Both the position numbers and the translations under genes were made by a program. A stretch of 64,000 nucleotides of DNA from positions 35,526,001 to 35,590,000 of the forward strand of contig OZ024755.1 in NCBI GenBank assembly GCA_964016885.1, written 5' to 3'. Positions 39,660-53,292 of this stretch are shown in pieces (within the stretch, counting starts at the first letter, position 1; each line of letters opens with the position of its first letter). The notes under the pieces were generated by a model. It made no database searches. It saw only the letters and a program-made list of their open reading frames with translations, and had not been told where the DNA came from. The DNA comes from Eledone cirrhosa. Taxonomy: Eukaryota.

Positions 39660-40610
39660 GTATATATGGTATGTATGGTATATATATGGTATATATATGG
39701 TATATATGGTATGTATGGTATATATATGGTATATATATGGCATACATATGGTATATATATATATGGTATGTATGGTATATATATATATGGTATATATATG
39801 GTATGTATAGTATATATGGTATATATATAAACCATATATGGTATATTTACCATATATGGTATATATGGTATATATGGTATCACATATTCGAAACAATCAC
39901 CTTGCAATACAGCTGGTAAAATGTTAAGGATCTTGAAATGGAAACACACACACACACACTGTCTCCACACACACGTACATGCTCACATAAACACGCCCTC
40001 CACACACTGTCTCCACACACACGTACATGCTCACATAAACACGCCCTCCACACACATAAGCTCCCCCACATATTCACACACATTCACACTGCCTCCACAC
40101 ACATGCACAAGTCCTTCACACATTCACACACATAAGTTCAACCAAATACACACCTCTACATGGCGATGTACACACACACATATATAAGTTCACCCGCATA
40201 CACACCACCACAACACTCACTCCCATACACACACACATCCACAACACTCACGTATACACAGCACACACACACACACAACACTTCCATGTACACACACACG
40301 CACTTCCACACACACACACACACCACTTCCATGTACACACACACACCACTTCCATATACACACGCACACAACACTTCCATATATACACACACACACACAA
40401 CACTTCCATATATATACACACACAACACTTCCATGTACACACACACACACTTCCACACACACACACACAAACACTTCCATGTACACACACACATCACTTC
40501 CATATACACACGCACACAACACTTCCATATATACACACACACACTTCCATATATATACACACACACACAACACTTCCATGTACCCACACACACACACACA
40601 CCACACATTC
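39660..40610. repeat. (TATATGG)n and (CA)n/cacttccat minisatellites
   Basis: Low-complexity tandem units. Confidence 0.9.
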
Positions 40611-40879
40611 AGCCCCCCCCCCCCATACCACACACCACATTCACCCACACACATTTAGCACCCCCCCCACACATGCAAATTGTGAGAGAGTGTATATGTA
40701 GCGTGTCAGCAATTAGAGAGTGCAACATCTGCAATAAATGCAACATGGCTGCACAAGAGGCAAGAATATTCTACTTCCTTCGTGCATCTTAGTCAATATT
40801 CCAGAAAATAATTGCTGCCAATAATGGCACTGCCAGAATGGGAAGTAACAACACACAACACAAACATAAATAAATAAAT

Positions 40880-41055
40880 AAATACAAGAACAACGACAAT
40901 AACAACAACAACAACAACAATAGGAATAATAACAGTATTAATAATAATAATAATAACAATAACAACAACAACAATAGTATTAATAATAATAACAATAACA
41001 ACAACAACAATAGTATTAATAATAATAATAACAACAATAACAACGACAACAACAA

Positions 41056-41086
<31 letters not shown>

Positions 41087-43525
41087 AACAACAACAACAA
41101 CAACAGTAATAATAATAACAACAACAACAACAACAACAACAACAATAACAATAATAACAACAACACTAGTAATAATAATAGTATTAACAACAACAACAAC
41201 AACAATAGTAATAATAATAAAGAAAACAAAAGAAATGAAGTGGCAAATAAGGCGACATTTAATATTATAATGGATGAGTAAGAGATAGAAGGGGAATGGG
41301 GGGACATTAGATGTGAGAGAGGGGGAGGAGGTGGTGGTGGAGGGGGAGATGTAGTGAGGTGGTGGTGGGAGGTCATGGTGGCGGTGGTGAAAGGTAGATA
41401 TAGTGAGGAGGTGGTGGTGGTGGTGGTGGGAGGTACATGTAGTGAGGAGGTCATGGTGGTGGTGGTGGTGAAAGGTAGATATAGTGAGGAGGTGGTGGTG
41501 GTGGTGGTGGGAGGTACATGTAGTGAGGAGGTCATGGTGGTGGTGGTGGTGAAAGGTAGATATAGTGAGGAGGTGGTGGTGGTGGTGGTGGTGGGAGGTA
41601 CATGTAGTGAGGTCATGGTGGTGGTGGTGGTGAAAGGTAGATATAGTGAGGAGGTGGTGGTGGTGGTGGTGGTGGGAGGTACATGTAGTGAGGTCATGGT
41701 GGTTAGATAGTGCCCTATGTATATTGTTGTTGTTGATGATGAGGGTGATAGTGGTGAAGGAAGAACTATGGTGGTGATGGTGGTGGAAGGAACGTGGTGG
41801 TGTGATGGTGATGTGTTGATGGTGGTATAATGGTGGTGGTGGTGGTATAATGGTGGTGATGTGATGGTGGTGGTATAATGGTGTGATGTGATGGTGGTGG
41901 TGGTATAATGGTGGTGGTAGTGGGTATGATGGTAGTGGGTATGATGGTGGTGGTTGTGGTATAATGGTGGGTATTGTATGATGATGGTGGTGGTGTAATG
42001 ATGGTAGGGTTAGTGGTATTGGTAATTATAGTTTATACTGTCACAGTTCAAGATGGTATGATGGGGAGAAGAATGATCCTATTGGTAATGGTAGAGTTAG
42101 TGGTAGTGGTAGTGGTGATGGTATCAGAGATGGTTGTGGCAGTGATGGTGATGGTATCAGAGATGGTTGTGGTGGCAGTGGTGGTAATGGTATCAGAGAT
42201 GGTTGTGGTGGCAGTGGTGGGGGATGGTATCAGAGATGGTAGTGGCAGTGGTGGTATCAGAGATGGTAGTGGCAGTGGTAGTGGTGGTGATGGTAGTGGC
42301 AGTGGTGGTGATGGTATCAGAGATGGTTGTGGTGGCAGTGGTGGGGGATGGTATCAGAGATGGTTGTGGCAGTGGTGGTGATGGTATCAGAGATGGTTGT
42401 GGTGGCAGTGGTGGGGGATGGTATCAGAGATGGTTGTGGCAGTGATGGTGATGGTATCAGAGATGGTTGTGGTGGCAGTGGTGGTAATGGTATTAGAGAT
42501 GGTAGTGGTGGTGATGGTATCAGAGATGGTTGTGGCAGTGGTGGTGATGGTATCAGAGATGGTTGTGGTGGCAGTGGTGGGGGATGGTATCAGAGATGGT
42601 TGTGGCAGTGGTGGTGATGGTATCAGAGATGGTTGTGGTGGCAGTGGTGGGGGATGGTATCAGAGATGGTAGTGGCAGTGGTGGTGATGGTATCAGAGAT
42701 GGTAGTGGTAGTGGTGGTGGGGATGGTAGCAGAGATGGTAGTGGTAGTGGTGGTGGGGATGGTAGCAGAGATGGTAGTGGTAGTGGTGGGGATGGTAGCA
42801 GAGATGGTAGTGGTAGTGGTGGGGATGGTAGCAGAGATGGTTGTAGTGGCAGTGGTGGTGATGGTATCAGAGATGGTAGTGGTAGTGGTGGTGGGGATGG
42901 TAGCAGAGATGGTAGTGGTAGTGGTGGGGATGGTAGCAGAGATGGTAGTGGTAGTGGTGGTGATGGTACCAGAGATGGTTGTGGTGGTAGTGGTGGGGAT
43001 GGTAGCAGAGATGGTAGTGGTAGTGGTGGTGATGGTACCAGAGATGGTTGTGGTGGTAGTGGTGGGGATGGTAGCAGAGATGGTAGTGGTAGTGGTGGTG
43101 ATGGTACCAGAGATGGTTGTGGTGGTAGTGGTGGGGATGGTAGCAGAGATGGTTGTAGTGGCAGTGGTGGTGATGGTATCAGAGGTGGCAGTGGTGGTGA
43201 TGGTATCAGAGATGGTAGTGGTGGCAGTGGTGGTGATGGTATCAGAGATGGTAGTGGCAGTGGTGGTGATGGTATTAGAGATGGTAGTGGTGGCAATGGT
43301 GGTGATGGTATGAGAGATGGTAGTGGTGGCAGTGGTGGTGATGGTATGAGAGATGGTGGTGGTGGTGGTGGTGATGGTATCAGAGATGGTTGCGGTGGTA
43401 GTGGTGGTGATGGTATCAGAGATGGTTGTGGTGGTAGTGGTGGTGATGGTATCAGAGATGGTTGTGGTAGTGGTGGTGATGGTATCAGAGGTGGTAGTGG
43501 TGGGGGATGGTATCAGAGATGGTAG
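40880..43525. repeat. (AAC/AAT)n followed by GGT-rich minisatellites (gatggtatcagagatggtagtggc...)
   Basis: Tandem units; source of the poly-L, poly-V and GDG ORFs. Confidence 0.95.
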
Positions 43526-44391
43526 TAGGTTTTTACCGTGTTACCTACACGGCCACATTACAGCGTGGACTGTGTGTTTTTTTGTTGTGACACCTATACG
43601 ACCTCATTTGTTTCGGACTGGATGTTGTGGTACCAACATAACTTTACATTGAAAGGGGTGGTGTGGATGGGGTGGGGGTAGTGGGACGGGGGTGTATTTT
43701 GTTAGAGGTGCCTACTGACTGTAGTAGGTTTCACTTTGTACTTAGGTAAGGCGGGTCTTCTGTAATACTGTGTAGCACCAAAGATCTCGGTCCAGTGACA
43801 TTGTCTTGGAGAGGTGTAAGTGTGTGAGGTAGGAATTTATCAAGTCATCCCAGGTTTTTCTGGGTCTGCCTACGCCGTGGCTACCGTCTATTTTTATTGC
43901 CCTGCACTTTTTTATACAGCTGTCGTCTTTCATGTGCATCACGTGACCATACCAACGTAGTCTTCTCTCGAGTAAACAACAGCTGACCCCTCTTATTTCT
44001 AATTTTTCCCTTAGTTCATTTATGCTTTGCCGTTCACGTATATTACTATTATATATATATATATATATATATATCACTTCATTTTACGTCCGCTTTTTCC
44101 CTGCTTGCAAGGGTGGGACGGGAACTGATTTTGGCTTGATTTCTACAGCTGGATGCCCTTCCTAACACCACCTCATTTACAGTGAGTGGTGGGTGCTTTT
44201 TTGCCGTGGCACCTCCATGACCACTTTGCAGTGGAATGATAGGGACCGCAGTTCCTATCATCTCATTTCTACAGCTGAGTAAACTGGAGCAATATGAAAT
44301 AAAGTGTCTTGCTCAAGGAAACAACACATCACCCGGTCTGAGAATTGAACTCACAACCTTTCGATTGTAAGGCCAATACTCTAAACACTAA

Positions 44392-44468
<77 letters not shown>

Positions 44469-44922
44469 AAAATGATTAATGAAAGAGTTACAAGCCGTTA
44501 AAAGAAATCTTTATAAAGCTCTTACATATGTTACGCCCAATGGGGTTCGTCTGAGGCAGATACTAAGGGAAAGTTATCGACCCCGTAAGAATGAAAGGCA
44601 AAGTTAACCTCGCCAGGAACTGAACTCAGACCCTAATGAACCATATCTCTATGCTGCAAAGCATGGCGTCCGCCACTCTACCAATATTACCAATCCACCA
44701 CCCACACCACAAGAACAATAATGAAATAAGCTGAAGTTACCAATTAACTATTTCAACATCTTAAACCGGAAACCGTTTATTTTTCCTTCAATGCAACTCT
44801 GTATTCTGTCAACTTGTCTCATTTTTATTCAGATTTTAATATTATCTTCTTTGTTTTGCAGTTGTTTTGTTACATATTTCCTAGATATGTCTTTCACTGG
44901 AATTGTATGTATGCATATATAC

Positions 44923-44969
<47 letters not shown>

Positions 44970-45035
44970 CATACATATATATATATTTATATATACATAC
45001 ATATATATCTATTTGTAAAACTGTTATATATTGTA

Positions 45036-45096
45036 TTTTGTCTGATGAAGGCATACCATGATTTCACTTGGTATCCTTGAAATATATATAATGAAA
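45036..45096 (+). ncRNA. Minimal type-I hammerhead ribozyme
   Basis: TTTTGT-CTGATGA-aggcatacca-tgatttcact-tggtatcctt-GAAA-TATATA-TA-ATGAAA(TAAA), lying between two (TA)n tracts. Confidence 0.8.
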
Positions 45097-45219
45097 TAAA
45101 TATGGTTTTATAAATATAGTTTCTATTTATTAATACTGTATATATATATAGTTTTAATATAGATGAGATTCTACAGGACTAGAACTGTTTCATTCTTTAG
45201 AAATCATCAGGAATCGCTG

Positions 45220-45261
<42 letters not shown>

Positions 45262-45804
45262 TTTATATATATATATATACACATACATATATATGTTTAT
45301 ATATATTTATATATATACACACACATATATGTTTATATATATTTAAATATACACACACACACATACATATATATGTTTATATATATTTATATATGTATGT
45401 ATGTGTATATATATATATATATATATGCACACACACACACATATATACACATACACACATATAAATAAATAAATATATATATATATATATATATACAAAC
45501 ACACATGTGCACGTTTATCCATTTGTTCCACTTTCTTTTAAACGCAGACTTAACAATTACAATACGGAAGCAAAGATGAAGAGCTGAACAAAAGACGAAC
45601 AAGACATAATTGTTTCAGATGAGATTAATTGGAGAGGAAGCTTACAACACCGAGCATATTTGAGAACTACAAGAGAACAGCAGTAACATAGATTCCAATT
45701 GACAATCACAAACACTCTGGTATTTATATACCGAATATTCTTACACCTCTGATGATCGGTGTTACAGTTGTTGGAGCAATGGAAAAGTCAGCTCATGAAA
45801 TTAA

Positions 45805-46330
45805 CACCAGCACATCTCCCTTAGCATGCTCCAGGAAAACGTATTGATGCAGTGGAGACTTCTGGTGTCCTTGGCCCTAGGGCTACCTCCCTACTCTCCA
45901 CCATAGGCGCTGAGCTGGCCAGCCGCAGGTGTGAGCCTCGCCAGATAGAATGGCTCTTCCAGCACATCTCTCTTAGCATCCTCCAGGGAAACATATTGAT
46001 GCAGTGGAGACTTCTGCTGTCCTTGGCCCTAGGGTTACCTCCCTACTCTCCACCATAGGCGCTGAGCTGGCCAGCCGCAGGTGTGAGCCTCGCCAGATAG
46101 AATGGCTCTTCCAGCACATCTCTCTTAGCATCCTCCAGGGAAACATATTGATGCAGTGGAGACTTCTGGTGAACTTGGCCCTAGGGCTACCTCCCTACTC
46201 TCCACCATAGGCGCTGAGCTGGCCAGCCGCAGATGTGAGCCTCGCGAGAAGGAATGACTCTTCCAGAGCATCTCCCTTACCATCCTCCAGGGAAACGCCT
46301 TCTCCATTCTGCCCGCCGGGGCTGTGGGAT
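45805..46330 (+). mobile_element. CRE-clade (restriction-like endonuclease) retrotransposon C-terminus, as a 152-bp tandem triplication
   Basis: VETSGVLGPRATSLLSTIG...WLFQHISLSILQGN(A) fits the recalled CRE motif ETxGxxG...QRISxAxQRGNA. The ORF starts at 45852 and 46004 give the 152-bp period. Confidence 0.65.
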
Positions 46331-46559
46331 GGCCAGCATGTGGGACCCCATTTGCTCACTACACAGAGAGATGGGGAGGGCGAGAGAGATGGGTGCGGTG
46401 ATTGTGGGAGTTTGGCTCTTCCGTGGTCAGACACATTGCACCTGTTAAGAGTGTATTTTCATACTTGTGACCATGGGCACTGTATGTAAAGCATTGCTGT
46501 ACGTTTTTCTCTTTGCTGTCATCCCTTTGGTTAACATGGATTCATTGAAGCTCCGACAT

Positions 46560-47335
46560 CTGGCAACTGACTTGGTAAACACAAAATTATTAACCATCTT
46601 GCCAACAACAACCCTGAACACCTTTTTGATTTCCATGTGTCTAACACATGTGGACATGCCAACAAAGTCAGAAGACAGCACAGTTCCCATGACTTTCGGA
46701 AACATTTTTTTATGCTCAGAGTTGCTGAAGCATGGAACAAACTACCTGCATCAGTTGTTAACTGTCGAGACACTGCATCCTTTAAAACCTCCATGGAACA
46801 AACTACCTGCATCAGTTGTTAGCTGCCGAGACACTGCATCCTTTAAAACCTCCATGGAACAAACTATCTGCATCAGTTGTTAACTGCCGAGACACTGCAT
46901 CCTTTAAAACCTCAATGGAACAAACTATCTGCATCAGTTGTTAACTGCCGAGACACTGCATCCTTTAAAACCTCCATGGAACAAACTACCTGCATCAGTT
47001 GTTAGCTGCCGAGACACTGCATCCTTTAAAACCTCAATGGAACAAACTATCTGCATCAGTTGTTAACTGCCGAGACACTGCATCCTTTAAAACCTCCATG
47101 GAACAAACTACCTGCATCAGGTGTTAGCTGTCGGGACACTGCATCCTTTAAAACCTCCATGCTTCCTGAGATTCGCCAACACTCCACCTAATATCCCCTC
47201 TCCATACACATGCACACATGTATATCAAGACTCATACACTGTTCACTTTCCTGACATTTGTACATTATTCTATGCACCTTTGATGAGTTGTAGTGCACCT
47301 GAGCACTGTACACAATAATTTCATTATTATTATTA
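46560..47335 (+). mobile_element. CR1/L2-group LINE 3' end with a 61-bp tandem array (about 7 copies)
   Basis: GHANKV...FRKHFFMLRVAEAWNKLPASVV...SFK, then 3' UTR and a (TTA)n tail. Confidence 0.8.
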
Positions 47336-48126
47336 AAGAAAATAAATTTCAAGAAAAACATTAACCAAAGATAAAAGCTAATAGTGGTTGATGAAACTGT
47401 TGAGTGAATACCAGGCCAATATAGAAGAAAGACTGTTTTTGTCAAGAGAACATCACTGTCTCACCACATAATACTATCATAAATAACATCATAAATCAAG
47501 AAATTAATGTCAAAATAAAGACTATACATTCAATTTTACCCTTTAGCATTTAAACAGGCTGTATCCAGCTAGAATTCTCTAACCTTTCTGTTCAAACTGG
47601 TCAAAACTGGTCACTCATATTGATCTTAATTTATTGTTCTCAAAATAAATAATATCAAAATCTCATAGATTAGATATTATGTGAGATAATTCCTTTACCA
47701 CAAAAATACAATCGTAAATATAGAGTAATGTAAAGGGTTAAGGGGGACATTCTCATTCTAAATATACATAGATATCTTTACTAATAGAGGTATATTTCAT
47801 AGTATCTTGACTAATGCATATCTTAGTGAAACTTGCACTAAACTAAAACCATTAATTTCTGTGGATTGGCAGTATCGGTAAAGGGACGGACGCCATGCTT
47901 TCCAGCATAGTTACGTCCCTTTACAATCTGAGTTCAAATCCCGCCGAGGTTCACTTTGCCTTTCATCCTTACGGGGATCGATAAAATAAAGTACCAGTAA
48001 TACACTGGGTAATTGCTGGCCTTGTGCCTAAAGTAGAAACAATTAATTTCTAATGTGATGTAGTCACAGTCATTTTATATTTTTCAAGAATGTTTTGCTA
48101 ATGTTTCATGTGGTACAGGATATTAA

Positions 48127-48331
48127 CACTTTAGCATTTAAACCAGTCATATCCGGCCAGAATTCTCTCAACTCTTTTTCTTCAAACTGGCGGTAACTGG
48201 CTGCTCATACTGATGTTAAGGTATTGTTCTCAAAATAAATAATATCAAAATCTCATAGATTCGATATGTGAGGTAAAATGTTTACCATGAAATTATAATA
48301 GTAAATATAAAGTAATATAGATGCTAAAGGG
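48127..48331 (+). mobile_element. piggyBac-type MITE
   Basis: TTAA-flanked; same family as 1920-2142 (another copy at about 47538-47736). Confidence 0.75.
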
Positions 48332-49264
48332 TTAACATAATAAATTCTCAAGGAAATTCAGCAAGTGAGTGGCAAGGCTGGCTTTTTGAATTACAGGTAC
48401 AACTAATTTTTTTTTCAGTTGAGTGGATTGGAGCACCATGAAAAATAGAATCTTGCTCAAGGAAACAACACACCACTGGGAATCAAACTCATGACCTTAA
48501 GATTGTGAGCAGAACATCCTAACCCCTGAGCCATGCACCTGATGAAAAATACCCAATAATATTGCTCATAATATGAACCATTGTGTGAACATCTATATAG
48601 TCGACTAACCTGCTAGAAATAGCAGCCTATTCGTTTTGAAATCACACATTGTTTAGAATTGGAAAAGGACACATTAGATATTGTAATTTTAGATAATCCT
48701 CAAAAAAACAGAATTATCATGCCTAAATTGTCTTTTATCGTAGGTCAGCTCAGTCAGGGATGCCCTGGGTTTAAAGAAATGTCTCATCACAACCACCAAC
48801 TAAAACAACAACAGATACTACCTAATTTTATATATGCCAAAAGAATGAGAAACTACTTAACAATGTTAGAGAAACTTACCAACAACTGTAGCAATCTACC
48901 ATTTTCTAATCTAGAGGAATCCTTAAGAATTGAAGAGACTTTATAGCAGCTCTCATGATTAAATTAAGACATGTGGAACTTAGTTTTAATATTAACTAGA
49001 CCACCCGTGACCCAACAGGTCATGTTCACTTCAAAATATTCTTTAAAAATCATGTCCACTTAAAAAAAAATTTTAAATAATTAAAATATACACAGACCCT
49101 GAAAGGATGAAGAGCAAAGTTAACCTCGGTGGGATTTGAACTCAGACCATAAAGGGGCCTAACTCTATGCTGGAAAGCATAGCATCCAACCCTCTACCGA
49201 TACTGCCAATTCACCAACCTCATGTATATAATGTGAAATGAAACTGGAAGGTCCATATATATAT

Positions 49265-49870
49265 GTGTCAGGTCACCAGTTGGTGCTACTGGTAACATGT
49301 ATCCCAGTACAACCTGTCTCTTGGTCGGGTCGTTGGCGACTAAACTGGCAACCCCACAAAGGTTTCTTGGTGAGGAGGGTGACTTTGGACATCCTGCAGG
49401 ACTAAAAACAAAACCTGTCAAAGGGCAAAGGAGCTCTTAAGAGTCAATGGCCATCCAAAATCACCGGGAGAGATGACCCCTTAGCCTTTGTCAAGGCAGA
49501 ATTCTAGGAGAAGGAAAACTCTGATATAACACCTGCAACCCCGATGGTATCCAATGATGTTGTTCTTCTTTTTGGTAAATATCATCTTGGTTAAGAGAGT
49601 GGGACTGGCTTTGTGCAGTGCCTTTGCTCACTATAAAAGCTTCACGGCACAGGCATTGCTTTATATCTGGAGATCTCTCTGCACTTGTCGTCATGTGGTG
49701 CCATGGGCCCAGCACTATGTGTCAATAATTGTCACAAGTGTAGTGTTTGAACCAGAGTTTTCAAGTCGCTGGCTGGACTAAAAAGTCACACTCGTTCAGC
49801 GCATCGGTAGGGGTTCTCCTACATCGATATAAAGTAGTGGCTGTACTCGAAAACGAGTTGGCAGCCACCA
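49265..49870 (+). mobile_element. Dispersed repeat resembling a non-LTR element 5' region
   Basis: Contains ctaggagaaggaaaactctg; related reverse copies at about 17780-18230 and 62110-62930. Family not assigned. Confidence 0.5.
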
Positions 49871-49923
49871 TATGTATGTGTATATATATGTGGGTGTCTA
49901 TGATCTATATGCACTGGTTATAG

Positions 49924-49980
<57 letters not shown>

Positions 49981-50682
49981 CTCTTCCATTATATATATAT
50001 ACACACACACAGCTCTCTTCCATTCACCTTCTCTCTCTCCTCTCCCTCTCTCTATGTCTCTTTCAATCTACTCTCTCACAACCACTATCTCTTCCTCTCT
50101 ATCCTTCTCTCTCTCTCTCTATTTATGAAGGTACCCAGAAAAACCCCATATCTCGGGAACCCGTGTTCCAATTTACGCCAAACTTGTTTCATTCCATTTG
50201 TATTCCTATTCCAGGGCCAACTTCCTCTCAAAGTATTTTCTCATTACGCGCCATTTTGGCTGTATTACATTACAAGCAAGCAAGCAATCACAGAGTTTTA
50301 GTAGTATATAGATAGATAAATAATTGTTCCTAATTTAAGCACAAGGTCAGCATTTTAGGAGAAGAGGGATGTTTAAACTGAACCTACATTGTTTGATCTC
50401 ACAATCACCAGTATCAGAGGGTTTTCAAAGATCATGGACGTTCACCCATCATATTGACTAAACCATAAAAAATAACATATTTTTCTGTCTACCTTTAATT
50501 CCATTAACAAATTTGGTGAGTCAAATAACCAATAGCTATAAATGCCTTGCACAAACTATAAACCATTAATAAATTACTGGTGCATTAACAGTATTTTGTA
50601 TCAATACTACTGTACTAGTACAACATTGAAACAAAACAGTTAATGTGCCAATAATTTATTAATTGAGCAAGCTACTAATAAT

Positions 50683-52683
50683 ATCATCATCATCATCATC
50701 ATCATCATCATTTTACGTCCACTTTTCCCTGCTTGCAAGGGTGGCATGGGTCTTATTCAGCACAACATCTATCCACTTGTCACGGACCTTCGTCATCTCC
50801 ACCGTGAGCTTCAGCGATCTGAGGTCTGTTCTCACCACCTCCGCCCATGTTTTTCGTGGTCTACCTCTATCACGTCTTCCTGGCACTTCTTCACCCATCG
50901 GTCATCCTCCATGCGCATCACATGTCCATACCACCGCAGTCTCCTCTCTCGCACACTACATTCTATCCCTCTCTCAACACATCCATGCTGGGTCGTTCAC
51001 GCATTGACATTGCACATCCAACGGAGCATGCTTGCCTCATTTCTCTCCAGCCGTCACATATCGTCTGCAGTTGCTGCCCATGTCTCACTACCATGCAGCA
51101 TCGCGCTCCTCACACAGGCATCATATAACCGACCTTTTGTATGCAGGGAGAAACCCTTCTTCGTCAGCAGAGGGAGCAGCTCCCTAAACTTCTTCCAATC
51201 CGTCCTTATTCTAGATACTATGGCCTCGGAACACCCCGTCCCATGCTAATCTGATCTCCTAGGTACCGGAAGCTATCCACCACTTCTATAGCATCCTCCT
51301 GCATTTGGAAAATGTGTCTATCAATGCAACTTCTACTATCTAATTTCCCTGTACATCTACTGCATACATATTTCTCCCTACCTGTTAGTTTGCCTGCTAT
51401 CCCACTACATCTCTTGTGTAACGAGGATCTGCATCGTGTGCATTTTATAGAATTTATGCCAGTTCCTTTTCTGCATATCGAACATGGCCATTTCCCTGAC
51501 GGAATCAGAGTTTTGTCCTCTTTTCTACTCATCAACACTTTTGTCTTAGCTAGGTTCACTCTCAGTCCTCTTGCTTCCAACTGCTGTTTCCATAGCCAGA
51601 ATTTATTCTCTAGCTCCTCTACTGATTCTGCTATAAGAACCAGATCGTCAGCATAGAGAAGTTCCTATGGATAGCCAGTCTTAAACTCCTCTGTTATGGC
51701 TTGGAGGACTATAATGAACAAGAGCGGGCTGAGGACTGAACCTTGATGTACTCCTACTTATATCTGGACTTCATCACTAAACTCCATTCCTACCCTCACT
51801 TTACTGACAGCACCTCTGTACAAAGTTTGCACTGTCCTCACAAGCCATTCCTCTACACCTAGTTTCCTTAGGGACCACCAGATGACAGATTGGGGTACCC
51901 TATCAAAGGCCTTCTCTAGGTCAACAAAGGCTAAGTATAGTGGCTTATTTTTCTCTAAGAACCTCTCTTGCAATTGTCTCACCAAGAAGAGGGCGTCTGT
52001 TGTACTCTTCCCAGGCACAAAACCAAACTGCATCTCATCTAGTTTGACCCTTTCTCTAATTGGTTGTGCTAATATCCTTTCTGCCACTTTCATAACCTGA
52101 TCCATCAGCTTTATGCCCCTATAATTGCTCCTCTCCAGAGCATCCCCTTTCCCTTTGTAGCAATTTATGAGAATACTGCTGCACCAGTCTTTGGGTATGA
52201 CTCCACCATATTTAGCCTGATTGATGATGCATGCAACCAGTTCAGTGCCTACATCCCCTGATGCCTTCAGCATCTCAGCAACTATCCCCAATGGTCCAGC
52301 AGCCTTACCATTTTTCATTTCCCTAATCGCCTCTTGGACCCTATATTCGTCAATCTCAATAGCTGTTCCCTCTGTCGGATCTACTAAGGGTAATTTCTCT
52401 CTCTCCCATTCGTTCTCCACATTCATCAGTCTCTCATAATGACATTTCCAGGCCTCCTTTTTCTGATCATTTGTGACACTAAGTACACCGGCATCATTCC
52501 GGACACACTTATCTCCAACAACATCCTGATTTGCATTGACACACTGGCGTGCGGTGTTCCCGTCGCAGAACATTGGCAAACCTCCTACTCTCAGCCTCCC
52601 TGCATGCTAAGTACACCTGACGTCTAGCTTCTCTCTTAGCGGCTGTATGTCCTTCTCTACTCCCACCCTTTTTCCAAGCCTTA
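50683..52683 (-). mobile_element. 5'-truncated RTE LINE, 2 kb, with RT and an internal PHD finger
   Basis: GKAAGP, NYRGIKL, QFGF, AFVDLEKAFDRV, GVHQGSVLSPLLF, LYADDL, FRYLG, GRPRKTW and a (GAT)n tail; contains stops and frameshifts. Confidence 0.95.
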
Positions 52684-52699
52684 TATATTATATATGCAA

Positions 52700-52940
52700 A
52701 TTGGTCTATCTGATTTACTTAAGTCCTCCTGCTTGTGGTTTCCAAAGTACTAATAGGGAAACAGCCTCAGAGGTGGCACGATGGCAGTGGCCAGCAAATC
52801 TTACTCTCCTTTTACGTACAACAGATATGCGTGGGAGACCAGCATATATCTTTCAAAGTCAGATGTCACCAGGTTATGTTCTGAATGTGTTGAAGCAGGC
52901 GAGTGTAAGTGGCATCAAGGCGCTTTTGCTGTTTGGATGA
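52700..52940 (-). mobile_element. RTE-like LINE fragment (family of 6620-6982)
   Basis: LDATYTRLL...RRVRFAGHCHRATSE..SLLVLWKP. Confidence 0.7.
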
Positions 52941-53292
52941 AAGTGTATATGTTTCACTTCCACATGGCTTTATAAGCAGTGCCTCTACAGACAGTTAAAG
53001 CGAGTATTCAGCTGATGATTAAATCAAAACACAGGATCTGTCTTTTTCTGTCCACAGAGATAATAGAAGCCAAAAGAAACAGCCTGATATCAGTGAAGTT
53101 AAAGAAAAGGTTAGGGAAGAGGAAATCATTATCATCATCATCATTAACCTGGCATTTTTGCATATATAATAAATTAATTAGAAGAAAGAAATGGTTTCGA
53201 TAAAGACAAAACAATAGAAAAAGAAATTTAGTTTGAAATAGAAACTTTCGCCGTATTTAGACTAAATAAAATTAGCTTGACATTGGGTTTAA

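Noticed and set aside
40789-43525. Poly-Leu, poly-Val and Gly-Asp-rich ORFs
   Set aside because: Translations of (AAC)n and GGT minisatellites; no splice or homology support.
45180-45214. Minus-strand CTGATGA-tttctaaagaat-GAAA-CAG-TT
   Set aside because: No stem I pairing.
48881-48911. 31-nt exon-like segment with a GTAAGT donor
   Set aside because: The peptide does not match any Greatwall region I recognise, and the only open phase is incompatible with exon 23443.
48996-49030. Helitron-like 3' end (hairpin plus CTAG) and 5'-like starts at about 50315 and 61493
   Set aside because: Matching opposite ends could not be assigned confidently, so they are not called as elements.
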